A stretch of DNA of 64,000 nt from Planctomyces sp. SH-PL62. Lineage in GTDB: Bacteria > Planctomycetota > Planctomycetia > Planctomycetales > Planctomycetaceae. Of the stretch, positions 9,733 to 17,950 are shown piece by piece (the stretch's first letter is position 1; each line of letters starts with the position of its first letter). The notes beneath the pieces were generated by a model, which saw nothing but the letters and a program-made list of their open reading frames with translations, was not told the origin of the DNA and searched no databases. Where the stretch lies: positions 40,717 to 104,716 of the forward strand of contig CAMDEA010000004.1 in assembly GCA_945893045.1 (NCBI GenBank), in the 5' to 3' direction. A program made the position numbers and the translations under genes.

Positions 9733-10800
9733 TCAGCAGACGTTGGCAACGGCGTAGCCTCGTTGCGCACTGGCACGCCCGATACCGAGAGCCTCTTTCA
9801 AGGCGAAATCTTTTTTCAGCAGGTTGGTTTCCTGTTCGAGTTGTCGAGCCGATTCCGCTCCGAGACGTGCCGCAAAGGCCGCCGGCGAGGCCGGAAATGG
9901 GAAGTCGCTGCCATGCAGTAACCGACTGCGAACCAGCTCTTCGTGCTCCAGCAGACGACCGAAGTCGCGGACTCGACCGAGGGTGCCCAGCACCGAAGTG
10001 TCGCCCCAGAGTTTCGGATAACGCTTCAGCAACGCCACGAACTCCGGGAGTTGATCCGGGGTGTCCGTGATCCAGCCGGTTCCCGCGTGACAGGCCACGA
10101 CGGTGCAACCTTGATCGAGAGCCAGCTCCAAGCGGCTCGGTGCGGCGAGGTGCTTGTCGATCACCGGAGCACTGTGCTCATGACCGGTGTGAACCAGGAC
10201 CACCATGTTGAGTTCACAGCAGCAGCGGAAAAACTGCGCGTGTTTGCGGTCGGCGATATTCACTCCTTGCGTCGGCGGATGGATCTTCAACAACCGCGCC
10301 CCTTTCGCATGGCAACAGGCGAGTTCCTGCAACGCATCGGCTCGTTCGGGATTGATCGACGGGCACGCGAGCATGGATTCGGAGTGCCGAGCCACCACCG
10401 CGAAGACGTAATCGTTCGGCACATAAAACGACGTGCGTGCCCAGTCAGGCTGGCCGCTGCGATCGTAGACCGCGTCTTGACCCAAGATCGCCACCTGGCT
10501 GAGACCGGACCCCCGCACCTGTTCCGCCAACACCTCCTCGTAGCGTGCGTCGATCGTCTGGCCCGGCACCTGCAGCCGCAGCAGGGCCAGCACGTAACGG
10601 AACTGCAAACCCTCCCTGATCGGCTGCGCAATTCGGCAACCGGTCCCGCCCTCTCCGACTCCAAACAGATGGACGTGGATGTCCAATGTTAGTGGCGGTT
10701 CGCAGGCAGCGGTCTCGGAAGGCATCAGCGATTGGCTCGCGAGCCAAGACGTGCTCAAGGCACTCGCCAGAAAGGATCGACGATTCAAGACGTTGGTCAT
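9733..10800 (-). CDS. Amidohydrolase family (amidohydro_2-like) protein with Tat signal
   Basis: NRRSFL leader; DIHVH, KIHP, VHTG, CHAG, GSDFP metal motifs. Confidence 0.88.
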   Translation of the reverse strand: MTNVLNRRSFLASALSTSWLASQSLMPSETAACEPPLTLDIHVHLFGVGEGGTGCRIAQPIREGLQFRYVLALLRLQVPGQTIDARYEEVLAEQVRGSGLSQVAILGQDAVYDRSGQPDWARTSFYVPNDYVFAVVARHSESMLACPSINPERADALQELACCHAKGARLLKIHPPTQGVNIADRKHAQFFRCCCELNMVVLVHTGHEHSAPVIDKHLAAPSRLELALDQGCTVVACHAGTGWITDTPDQLPEFVALLKRYPKLWGDTSVLGTLGRVRDFGRLLEHEELVRSRLLHGSDFPFPASPAAFAARLGAESARQLEQETNLLKKDFALKEALGIGRASAQRGYAVANVC

Positions 10801-10863
10801 GTCTCAACTCCGAAAAAAGAAACCAGAGGCACGCACTGACACATCGTGAAAAACAGAGAACGA

Positions 10864-11448
10864 TCAAACCGTGTCCCTCACGAGAGCCTGAGCCACCGAT
10901 GCAAACATCTGCTTGCGTTGACGCGGGCCGAGCAGATTCAGCTCGACAATGATGTTGGAAATCGTGGCCAGTCCCAGCAAACCCCAAGCGGCATCGCTGA
11001 CCGGCAGACGATCGCGATCACTCGCGTGATCCGTCCTGATTTGCCGCGATACCCGCTTGTGAAACTGACGGTACATGCGGATCAATGCGGCCCGCATCTC
11101 TTCGTCGTCGGTTTCGGCCAACGCCGTAAAGATGATTCGATAAAACCCCAACTCACCTTGATGCTGCGCCTCATAGGCCACCAGCCGTTCGACTCGCAAT
11201 TTGGGATTGGGGAGATCGACCAGGATCTGCTCCCACTTCTCGGCGCGGGACTGAAAGACGTCGTCGATCGCCGCCAGAAACATTCCCTTCTTGTCCGGCC
11301 AGAGCCGGTACAAGATGTTCTCCCGGACTTGGCAGCGCTGCGCCAGTTCCGCAGTCGTGGTCCGCCGATACCCCAGTTCGCTAAACGTCTGGCAGACGAT
11401 GGGCAACAGCTTCTTGCGCTGTACATCAATTTGGCTGGGACGGGGCAT
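10864..11448 (-). CDS. TetR/AcrR family transcriptional regulator
   Basis: FSELGYRRTTTAELAQRCQVRENILYRLWPDKKGMF helix-turn-helix; ATG 11448 preferred over the longest start. Confidence 0.9.
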   Translation of the reverse strand: MPRPSQIDVQRKKLLPIVCQTFSELGYRRTTTAELAQRCQVRENILYRLWPDKKGMFLAAIDDVFQSRAEKWEQILVDLPNPKLRVERLVAYEAQHQGELGFYRIIFTALAETDDEEMRAALIRMYRQFHKRVSRQIRTDHASDRDRLPVSDAAWGLLGLATISNIIVELNLLGPRQRKQMFASVAQALVRDTV

Positions 11449-11469
11449 CGCGACACCTTGTCTGATAGA

Positions 11470-11513
11470 GTAAGTAGTCACTTACAATTATCGGAGCAGA
11501 GACGATCCGTCAA
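11470..11513 (-). promoter_or_regulatory. Candidate TetR operator GTAAGT-N4-ACTTAC (11470-11485) beside a sigma70-like promoter
   Basis: Perfect 6-4-6 palindrome about 20 nt upstream of the tetR ATG; TTGACG-15-GATAAT on the minus strand immediately upstream (short spacer). Confidence 0.6.
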
Positions 11514-11572
11514 TCGCGGAGCCGCACGTCGTCCGCAATCAGTGGCTGGGCTCGATCGGCCGGATCTTTGCC

Positions 11573-11647
11573 TCACGGAGGCTGGCTTGGCGCGGGATCA
11601 TGGCGGCGTGGGTCGCGTCGAAAGAGAACCCGCTCACCGCACGCGTG
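11573..11647 (+). pseudogene. Fragment of a lost DUF1553 domain
   Basis: Encodes SRRLAWRGIMAAWVASKENPLTARV, matching RLGLAKWLVSPQNPLTARV in the downstream gene, but lies upstream of that gene's RBS and signal peptide. Confidence 0.55.
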
Positions 11648-11806
11648 AGCGCTGCCACCCATCGCGACTTCGACGAAACTATCTCGGCTGGGACGTCCTG
11701 CGCGAAATGTCCGATTACACTGCGAGCAGTTCGCCAACAGACGGTGGCCGAGTTGTCGAGTCACTCGACCGACTCGCCGAGTCGAAACACATCAGGAGCA
11801 CTCGAA

Positions 11807-14194
11807 ATGAACTCGACTGGTCACAAGCTGCTCTTCAGCGCGTTGTGCATACTCTCCGGGGCCACCGGCTGGGCCGATGACCGCGTGAAGTTCAATCGCG
11901 ACATCCGGCCGATGCTCTCGGAGAACTGCTTTCCGTGTCACGGTCCGGATGCGAAGCAGCGACAGGCCGGTCTGCGATTGGATGTGCGCGACGAGGCGCT
12001 CAAGGCGGCGGAGTCGGGCGATGTGGCGATCGTGCCGGGAGACTTGAACAAGTCGCGGCTGTGGGCACGCATCAACAGCGCGGATGCGGCGGAAGTGATG
12101 CCGCCACCGAAGACGTCTAAGTCGTTGACCGCCGCGCAGAAGGGAAAGTTGCGGCAATGGATCGAGCAAGGTGCGACGTATGAGCCGCATTGGTCCTTCC
12201 TGCCGCTCGCACCGGGCACGATGCCAGCGGTGACGCGCGGAGATTGGTCGCGCAGCGATCTCGATCGTTTCATCCTCGCGCGGCTGGAGAGCGAGGGGCT
12301 TGTGCCGTCGCCCGAGGCGGCGAAGGTGACGTTGATTCGCCGCGTGTCGCTCGATTTAACCGGTCTGCCGCCGACGCTCGCGGAGGTGGATGCGTTCCTC
12401 GCCGACGACTCGGAGCAGGCTTATGAAAAGGTCGTCGAGCGATTGCTGAAGTCGCCGCGCTACGGTGAGCGAATGGCGGTGGACTGGCTGGACGCGGCGC
12501 GCTATGCGGACTCGAACGGTTATCAGGTCGATCGTGATCGCGAACTGTGGGCGTGGCGCGACTGGGTGATTCGCGCCTTCAATGACAACATGCCGTTTGA
12601 TCAATTCACGATCGAGCAGATCGCCGGCGATCTGCTGCCGGACGCCACGCGAGACCAGCGGATCGCGACGGGCTTTCACCGCAACCACATGATGAACGAG
12701 GAAGGGGGGATCATCGACGCGGAGTTTCTCGCGGAATACACGGCCGACCGCGTGGAGACGACCGCGACAGTCTGGCTCGGCCAGACCTTCAATTGCTGCC
12801 GCTGTCACGATCACAAATTCGATCCCTTCACACAGCGCGACTTCTACGCGCTGAAGGCATTTTTCCACAACGTTCCCGAACGAGGCGTGGGCAACTACGG
12901 TGCCCACATCCGACAGAACAGTCCGCCGTTCCTGAAACTGCCGGCACCGGAGGTCGAGGCCAAGCTCAATGAGCTGAACGCGCAAGTGAAGACCGTGACT
13001 GAGCAGCTCGCGGCGCTGACGGACAAAACATCGCCCGAGCACACCAAGCTGAACGACCAGTTGACCGACTTCAAGAAGAAAGTCGCCGCCGCTGAGACGG
13101 AGATTCCCACAACGCTGGTCATGGCCGAGTTGCCCGAAGCGCGCCCGACCTTTGTGTTGCTGCGCGGCGTCTACGACAAGCCGGGTGACCGCGTCACCGC
13201 GGCGACACCTGCCGTGTTACCCGCTCTCGCGGACGACCTCCCGCGCAATCGACTCGGTCTCGCGAAGTGGCTTGTCAGTCCGCAGAATCCATTGACGGCG
13301 CGAGTGACCGTGAACCGGCTCTGGCAGCAGGTCTTCGGCACGGGCTTGGCGAAGTCCAGCGAGGACTTTGGTGCTCAGGGAGATCCGCCCTCTCATCCGG
13401 AGTTACTCGACTGGCTCGCGGCCGAGTTCATCCGCAGTGGCTGGGATGTGAAGCACCTGATGAAGCTGATGGTCACGAGCGCCACCTATCGCCAGCAATC
13501 GCACCTCACGCCGTTGCTGCGCGATCGCGATCCTGAGAATCGCCTCCTCGCGCGTGGCACGCGATACCGATTGACGGGCGAGTTCGTGCGCGACCAGGCG
13601 CTCGCTGCGAGCGGATTGCTGGTCGAGAAAATCGGCGGCCCTTCGGTGAAGCCGTATCATCCGCCGGGCCTCTACGAGCAAGTTACCGCTGGCAACGGCT
13701 ACAACATTTATGTCCCCGGCAAAGGGGACGATCTCCACCGCCGCAGCCTCTACACCTATTGGAAACGTTCCGTCCCGCATCCCGCGATGCTGCTGTTCGA
13801 CGCGCCGTTCCGCGAAGCCTGCACGCTGCGACGACCGCGCACGAACACGCCGCTCCAGGCGCTCAACCTGATGAACGACACGACCTATGTGGAGGCGGCG
13901 CGCTTCCTCGCGCACCGCATGCTGCGCGAGGGTGGTGACACGGTGGAGTCGCGGCTCACCCACGGCTTCCGCCTGTTGCTGTCGCGTCCGCCGAGGCCCG
14001 CCGAGTTGGCCGTGCTCCGTGCTGCTTATGAGCGCGCCCGCTTAGATTTTGAAAACGATCGCGAGGCGGCCAAAGCGTTCCTCGCCGTGGGCGATGCAGC
14101 CTCCGATGCAACTTTGAATCCCGGAGAACTCGCCCCGTTCACGGCCATCGCCAGCACGCTGCTCAATCTCGATGAAGTCATCACGAAGGAATGA
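11807..14194 (+). CDS. Planctomycete cytochrome c / DUF1549 / DUF1553 protein
   Basis: AGGAG RBS, signal peptide, FNRDIRPMLSENCFPCHG, RRVSLDLTGLPP, CCRCHDHKFDP, NPLTARV, PSHPELLDWLA. Confidence 0.93.
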   Translation: MNSTGHKLLFSALCILSGATGWADDRVKFNRDIRPMLSENCFPCHGPDAKQRQAGLRLDVRDEALKAAESGDVAIVPGDLNKSRLWARINSADAAEVMPPPKTSKSLTAAQKGKLRQWIEQGATYEPHWSFLPLAPGTMPAVTRGDWSRSDLDRFILARLESEGLVPSPEAAKVTLIRRVSLDLTGLPPTLAEVDAFLADDSEQAYEKVVERLLKSPRYGERMAVDWLDAARYADSNGYQVDRDRELWAWRDWVIRAFNDNMPFDQFTIEQIAGDLLPDATRDQRIATGFHRNHMMNEEGGIIDAEFLAEYTADRVETTATVWLGQTFNCCRCHDHKFDPFTQRDFYALKAFFHNVPERGVGNYGAHIRQNSPPFLKLPAPEVEAKLNELNAQVKTVTEQLAALTDKTSPEHTKLNDQLTDFKKKVAAAETEIPTTLVMAELPEARPTFVLLRGVYDKPGDRVTAATPAVLPALADDLPRNRLGLAKWLVSPQNPLTARVTVNRLWQQVFGTGLAKSSEDFGAQGDPPSHPELLDWLAAEFIRSGWDVKHLMKLMVTSATYRQQSHLTPLLRDRDPENRLLARGTRYRLTGEFVRDQALAASGLLVEKIGGPSVKPYHPPGLYEQVTAGNGYNIYVPGKGDDLHRRSLYTYWKRSVPHPAMLLFDAPFREACTLRRPRTNTPLQALNLMNDTTYVEAARFLAHRMLREGGDTVESRLTHGFRLLLSRPPRPAELAVLRAAYERARLDFENDREAAKAFLAVGDAASDATLNPGELAPFTAIASTLLNLDEVITKE

Positions 14195-14223
14195 CAGTGT
14201 TACTCGGTTTTGCAAGACGAGTC

Positions 14224-14455
14224 TTGTCTCTACTCCGAAGGAGTTGCGTCTCACAGCCCAGGGTTGTTCGCGAAGCGAGCTACCCTGGGAAAAACACCCA
14301 AACGGACCATGTACCCCGAAGGGGTTCCGTCACATGGAATTTCCGACGGCCGCAACCCCTTCGGGGTAGAGATTGCAATGAACTGCGAACCCAGGGTAGC
14401 CGCGATGCGCGGCAACCCTGGGCTATGTGGCACAACTCCTTCGGAGTAAAGACAA
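14224..14455. repeat. Composite palindromic element (CCGAAGG / CCCAGGG modules), intergenic
   Basis: Ends ttgtctctactccgaaggagttg / caactccttcggagtaaagacaa; internal pairs cccagggttg..taccctggg and taccccgaaggggtt / aaccccttcggggta. Confidence 0.85.
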
Positions 14456-14494
14456 ATGTCAAACGATCAATCTTGTAACTTTTGAAAGACGCCC

Positions 14495-15916
14495 ATGACC
14501 GTTGAAACATTTCAGACCGGACTCTCCCGCCGCCACTTCTTGAGTGGCACCGGCGTCGGTGCCGCGGCGCTCGCGTCGTTGCTGAACCCGCAATTGTTCG
14601 CCGACACGCGCGCACCGCAGTTCGCGCCGAGAGCGCGGCGCATCATCTGGCTCACGCAAGCCGGCGCGCCATCGCAATTGGAACTGTTCGATTACAAGCC
14701 GGGACTCGCGTCGCAGTTCGACAAAGACTTGCCCGACTCCATCCGGGGCGAGCAGCGGCTCACCGGGATGACCGCCGGGCAGAAGCGCTTTCCCGTTGCG
14801 CCGTCGGTCTACAAATTCCAGCAGCACGGGGATTCGGGAATGTGGTTGAGCGAACTGCTGCCGCACACGGCGAAGTTCGCGGATGAGATGTGCGTCATTC
14901 GCTCATTGCACACCGAGGCGATCAATCACGACCCGGCGATGACGCTGCTGCAAACCGGCCATCAGATCGGCGGACGGCCCGCGTTCGGTTCTTGGGTGGC
15001 TTACGGACTCGGTTCGGAAAACGCTGACCTCCCCGCGTTCGTGGCGATGATCTCGCGACCCAGCGGTCCGACCAACGCCCAGCCGCTACACGAGCGCATG
15101 TGGAGCTCCGGCTTCCTGCCGTCGCGACATCAGGGGGTGCGGTTCAGTTCGGGAAAGGATCCGGTGCTGTTCCTGTCGAACCCACCCGGCATCACCAGCG
15201 ACCGCCGCCGCGCGATGCTCGATGATGTCGCCGCGCTGAACCGCCTGAAGTTTGCCGAATCTCAAGACCCCGAAACGCAGGCGCGCATCGACCAGTATGA
15301 AATGGCCTTCCGCATGCAGACGGCGGTCCCGGAACTGGCGGACTTGTCGAAAGAACCCGCGAACATCTTTGAACGCTATGGTCCCGAATCCCAGAAGCCC
15401 GGCACCTACGCGGCCAACTGCATTCTGGCACGCCGGCTGGCCGAGCGTGGCGTGCGATTCATTCAGCTCTATCACCGCGGTTGGGACCAGCACGGCGACC
15501 TGCCTAAGGGGATCAAGAGTCAGTGTTACGACACCGATCAGCCTACCGCAGCGCTACTGACCGACCTTCAGGAGCGCGGCTTGCTGGAAGACACGCTCGT
15601 CATCTGGGGCGGCGAGTTTGGTCGCACGGTGTATTCCCAAGGGACGCTCACGGCGAACAACTACGGCCGCGACCATCATCCGCGCTGCTATAGCGTCTGG
15701 ATGGCTGGTGCCGGTGTGAAACGGGGCCACGTCCACGGCGAGACGGATGACTTCAGTTACAACATCGTCAAAGACCCTGTGCATATCCACGATCTCAACG
15801 CCACCGCGCTGCATCTGCTTGGCATCGATCACACCAAGCTCACCTATCGCGTCCAAGGCCGAGACTACCGACTGACCGACGTGCATGGCCAAGTTGTGCA
15901 GGAGATTCTGTCCTGA
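14495..15916 (+). CDS. DUF1501 protein
   Basis: SRRHFL leader, GAPSQLELFDYKP, ARRLAERGVRF, WDQH, GEFGRT, GRDHHP, RLTDVHG. Confidence 0.95.
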   Translation: MTVETFQTGLSRRHFLSGTGVGAAALASLLNPQLFADTRAPQFAPRARRIIWLTQAGAPSQLELFDYKPGLASQFDKDLPDSIRGEQRLTGMTAGQKRFPVAPSVYKFQQHGDSGMWLSELLPHTAKFADEMCVIRSLHTEAINHDPAMTLLQTGHQIGGRPAFGSWVAYGLGSENADLPAFVAMISRPSGPTNAQPLHERMWSSGFLPSRHQGVRFSSGKDPVLFLSNPPGITSDRRRAMLDDVAALNRLKFAESQDPETQARIDQYEMAFRMQTAVPELADLSKEPANIFERYGPESQKPGTYAANCILARRLAERGVRFIQLYHRGWDQHGDLPKGIKSQCYDTDQPTAALLTDLQERGLLEDTLVIWGGEFGRTVYSQGTLTANNYGRDHHPRCYSVWMAGAGVKRGHVHGETDDFSYNIVKDPVHIHDLNATALHLLGIDHTKLTYRVQGRDYRLTDVHGQVVQEILS

Positions 15917-15978
15917 TCGCCAGCTTGCGTCGGCGTTGAACACGGATGCCGCGTGGTCTCGTCGATCTTCCACGTCCA

Positions 15979-16431
15979 CTACACCGCGACCTTCACGACG
16001 ACCTTGCGAACGGCCGCTGGTTGACCATCGACGGCGGAGCCAGGGATATGGCCGTCCTCCGGAAAGAAGATCGTAAAGCTCCCGGCCGGGACCGTTACGA
16101 AACTTCCACTCCCCTCGAACAGCGCGTAGTCGGCCTGCTCATCGTAGGGCTGCTTGATCGTCAGCGTCTGGATGTTCGCGTAGCCCATCTCCTCGACGCC
16201 GGCGGCGACGAACTGCACGTCGATGTATTTTCGATGAGCTTCCCAGACCCCTTGATCACGAGTCTTGGTCGTGTTGTCCTGCACGAGCGCGTAAATATGC
16301 TCGCCCTGAATGGGGATCTTCCCCACTGGCAATTTGGTGCAGTCGTTGTCTCGCAGATACTTCAGCGCCGTCGCGATCCGTTCGCCGAGCACGAAGTAAC
16401 GAGCCGAGTTGTCCAAGCGGTCGATGATCAT
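15979..16431 (-). CDS. YhcH/YjgK/YiaL (DUF386, NanQ-like) protein
   Basis: MIIDRL, WEAHRKYIDVQ, FTIFFPEDGHIP, RKVVVKV. Confidence 0.92.
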   Translation of the reverse strand: MIIDRLDNSARYFVLGERIATALKYLRDNDCTKLPVGKIPIQGEHIYALVQDNTTKTRDQGVWEAHRKYIDVQFVAAGVEEMGYANIQTLTIKQPYDEQADYALFEGSGSFVTVPAGSFTIFFPEDGHIPGSAVDGQPAAVRKVVVKVAV

Positions 16432-16601
16432 TCGATGAACCTTCTATTGGTGTTGTCGCGTGCCAGAGACCCGCTCACATTAACCCGAAACGTCGGCGAG
16501 GGCGAACGCTTCACCGTGTGCGGTTCGGCTGAGAGCATTGAATGCAAAGTTTCGATCGGCGAGTTACGTTATACCTCGCACGGCCATGAGTGAGATGTTT
16601 A

Positions 16602-16655
16602 TTTAACCGCTACGCCATCGGCGTGCGCGCCCACGCCGATGGCGTTGGGGTTAAA
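16602..16655. repeat. Palindromic repeat in a divergent intergenic region
   Basis: tttaaccgctacgccatcggcgtg-cgcgcc-cacgccgatggcgttggggttaaa. Confidence 0.75.
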
Positions 16656-16730
16656 CAGGCAAACGTCTCATCGGAGGCTGTGCGAGCTATATGTCGAATC
16701 GCCGCACACGAAATCAACGGGAGACGAACG

Positions 16731-17891
16731 ATGAAAGTCCTCTGGAGCATCTTGGTCCTCTGGCTCATTCCGAGCCTGTTGCCGGAACTGCGAGCGGAAG
16801 TCCGCGCGGAACGACTGGCTGAAATTCCGTCGGCGATGGACGCGGCGGTGGCCGCTGGGCATGCGGCCGGTGTGGTGACGCTCGTGATGAAAGACGGAAA
16901 GATCGTCCATCACGCGGCGACCGGCTTCGCGGATCGCGAGCAGCAGACTCCGATGAGCAAAGACTCGGTGTTCTGGATCGCGTCGATGACCAAGTCGATC
17001 AGCGCGACGACGATTCTCACGCTGGTCGATGACGGCAAACTGTCGCTCGATGAGCCGGCCTCGAAGTGGTTGCCGGAACTGGGGCAGATGAAGCTCGCGA
17101 ATGGTCAGTCGCCGAGCCGGCCCGTCGCGCTCCGCGACTTGCTCTCGCATACGTCGGGGTTGGCGTTCCCGCCGCGCAAGCCGACCGACGGCGCGCATGC
17201 GCTCAAGGGCTACACGTTGGAGCTGGTGAAGGCTCCGCTCGCCTTCGAGCCGGGATCGAACTACGAGTACGGCTTCGGCATCACCGTGGCCGGTCGCATC
17301 GCCGAGATCGTCAGCGGCAAGCCGTTCGACGAGTTGATGCGCGAACGAGTGCTCGATCCGCTGAAGATGCACGACACCAGTTTTCATCCGGACGATCGGC
17401 TGCGAGCACGCATCGCCAAGACCTACAAGACCGCTGACGACGGTCACGGACTGGTTCGGACTCACAATCCGTTCTTCACTTCGGATGCCGGAGACCGCCA
17501 CATGACCGAGCCATCGGGCGGCTTGTTCTCGACGGCCAGCGACCTGGCGCAGTTCTATCAGATGATTCTCGACGGCGGCGTTTGTCAGGGACGACGCATC
17601 GTGTCCGAGTCCGCGATTGCCGAGATGACGCGGCCTCACAAAGCGGGGGGCAAGACGCTCAGCTACGGACTCGGCTGGCAATGCAGTCCGCCAGACAAAG
17701 CCGCGATCCCCGGCTTCTCACCGCTCGCGTTCGGTCACGGCGGAGCGTTCGCCACTCACGGCTGGATCGACCCCGAACAACGAGTCGTCACGGTCTTCAT
17801 GGTGCAGAACGTTCTCGTCACCGGCAGCGGCAGCATCCGCAATGCGTTTCACCAGAAAGTCACCGGCGCAGGAACTGTCAAAGCTCAGTGA
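16731..17891 (+). CDS. Serine hydrolase, class C beta-lactamase/esterase fold, secreted
   Basis: GGAGA RBS, signal peptide, FWIASMTK (SxxK), LLSHTSG, FEPGSNYEY, FGHGG. Confidence 0.9.
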   Translation: MKVLWSILVLWLIPSLLPELRAEVRAERLAEIPSAMDAAVAAGHAAGVVTLVMKDGKIVHHAATGFADREQQTPMSKDSVFWIASMTKSISATTILTLVDDGKLSLDEPASKWLPELGQMKLANGQSPSRPVALRDLLSHTSGLAFPPRKPTDGAHALKGYTLELVKAPLAFEPGSNYEYGFGITVAGRIAEIVSGKPFDELMRERVLDPLKMHDTSFHPDDRLRARIAKTYKTADDGHGLVRTHNPFFTSDAGDRHMTEPSGGLFSTASDLAQFYQMILDGGVCQGRRIVSESAIAEMTRPHKAGGKTLSYGLGWQCSPPDKAAIPGFSPLAFGHGGAFATHGWIDPEQRVVTVFMVQNVLVTGSGSIRNAFHQKVTGAGTVKAQ

Positions 17892-17950
17892 GTCAGTGAA
17901 TGGTGCCGCGAGATTTCCCGAACGATTGAACCTGCGCAGGAGTCACGCGC

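Noticed and set aside
14172..14615. Cluster of short ORFs in several frames
   Set aside because: They read through the palindromic element and have no RBS or protein motifs.
16481..16502. Solo degenerate family A arm taacccgaaacgtcggcgaggg
   Set aside because: No partner arm found; too decayed to call as an element.
16731..17891. Antibiotic-resistance beta-lactamase
   Set aside because: The SxxK fold is shared with esterases and amidases, and the HGG motif and gene context do not support a resistance call.
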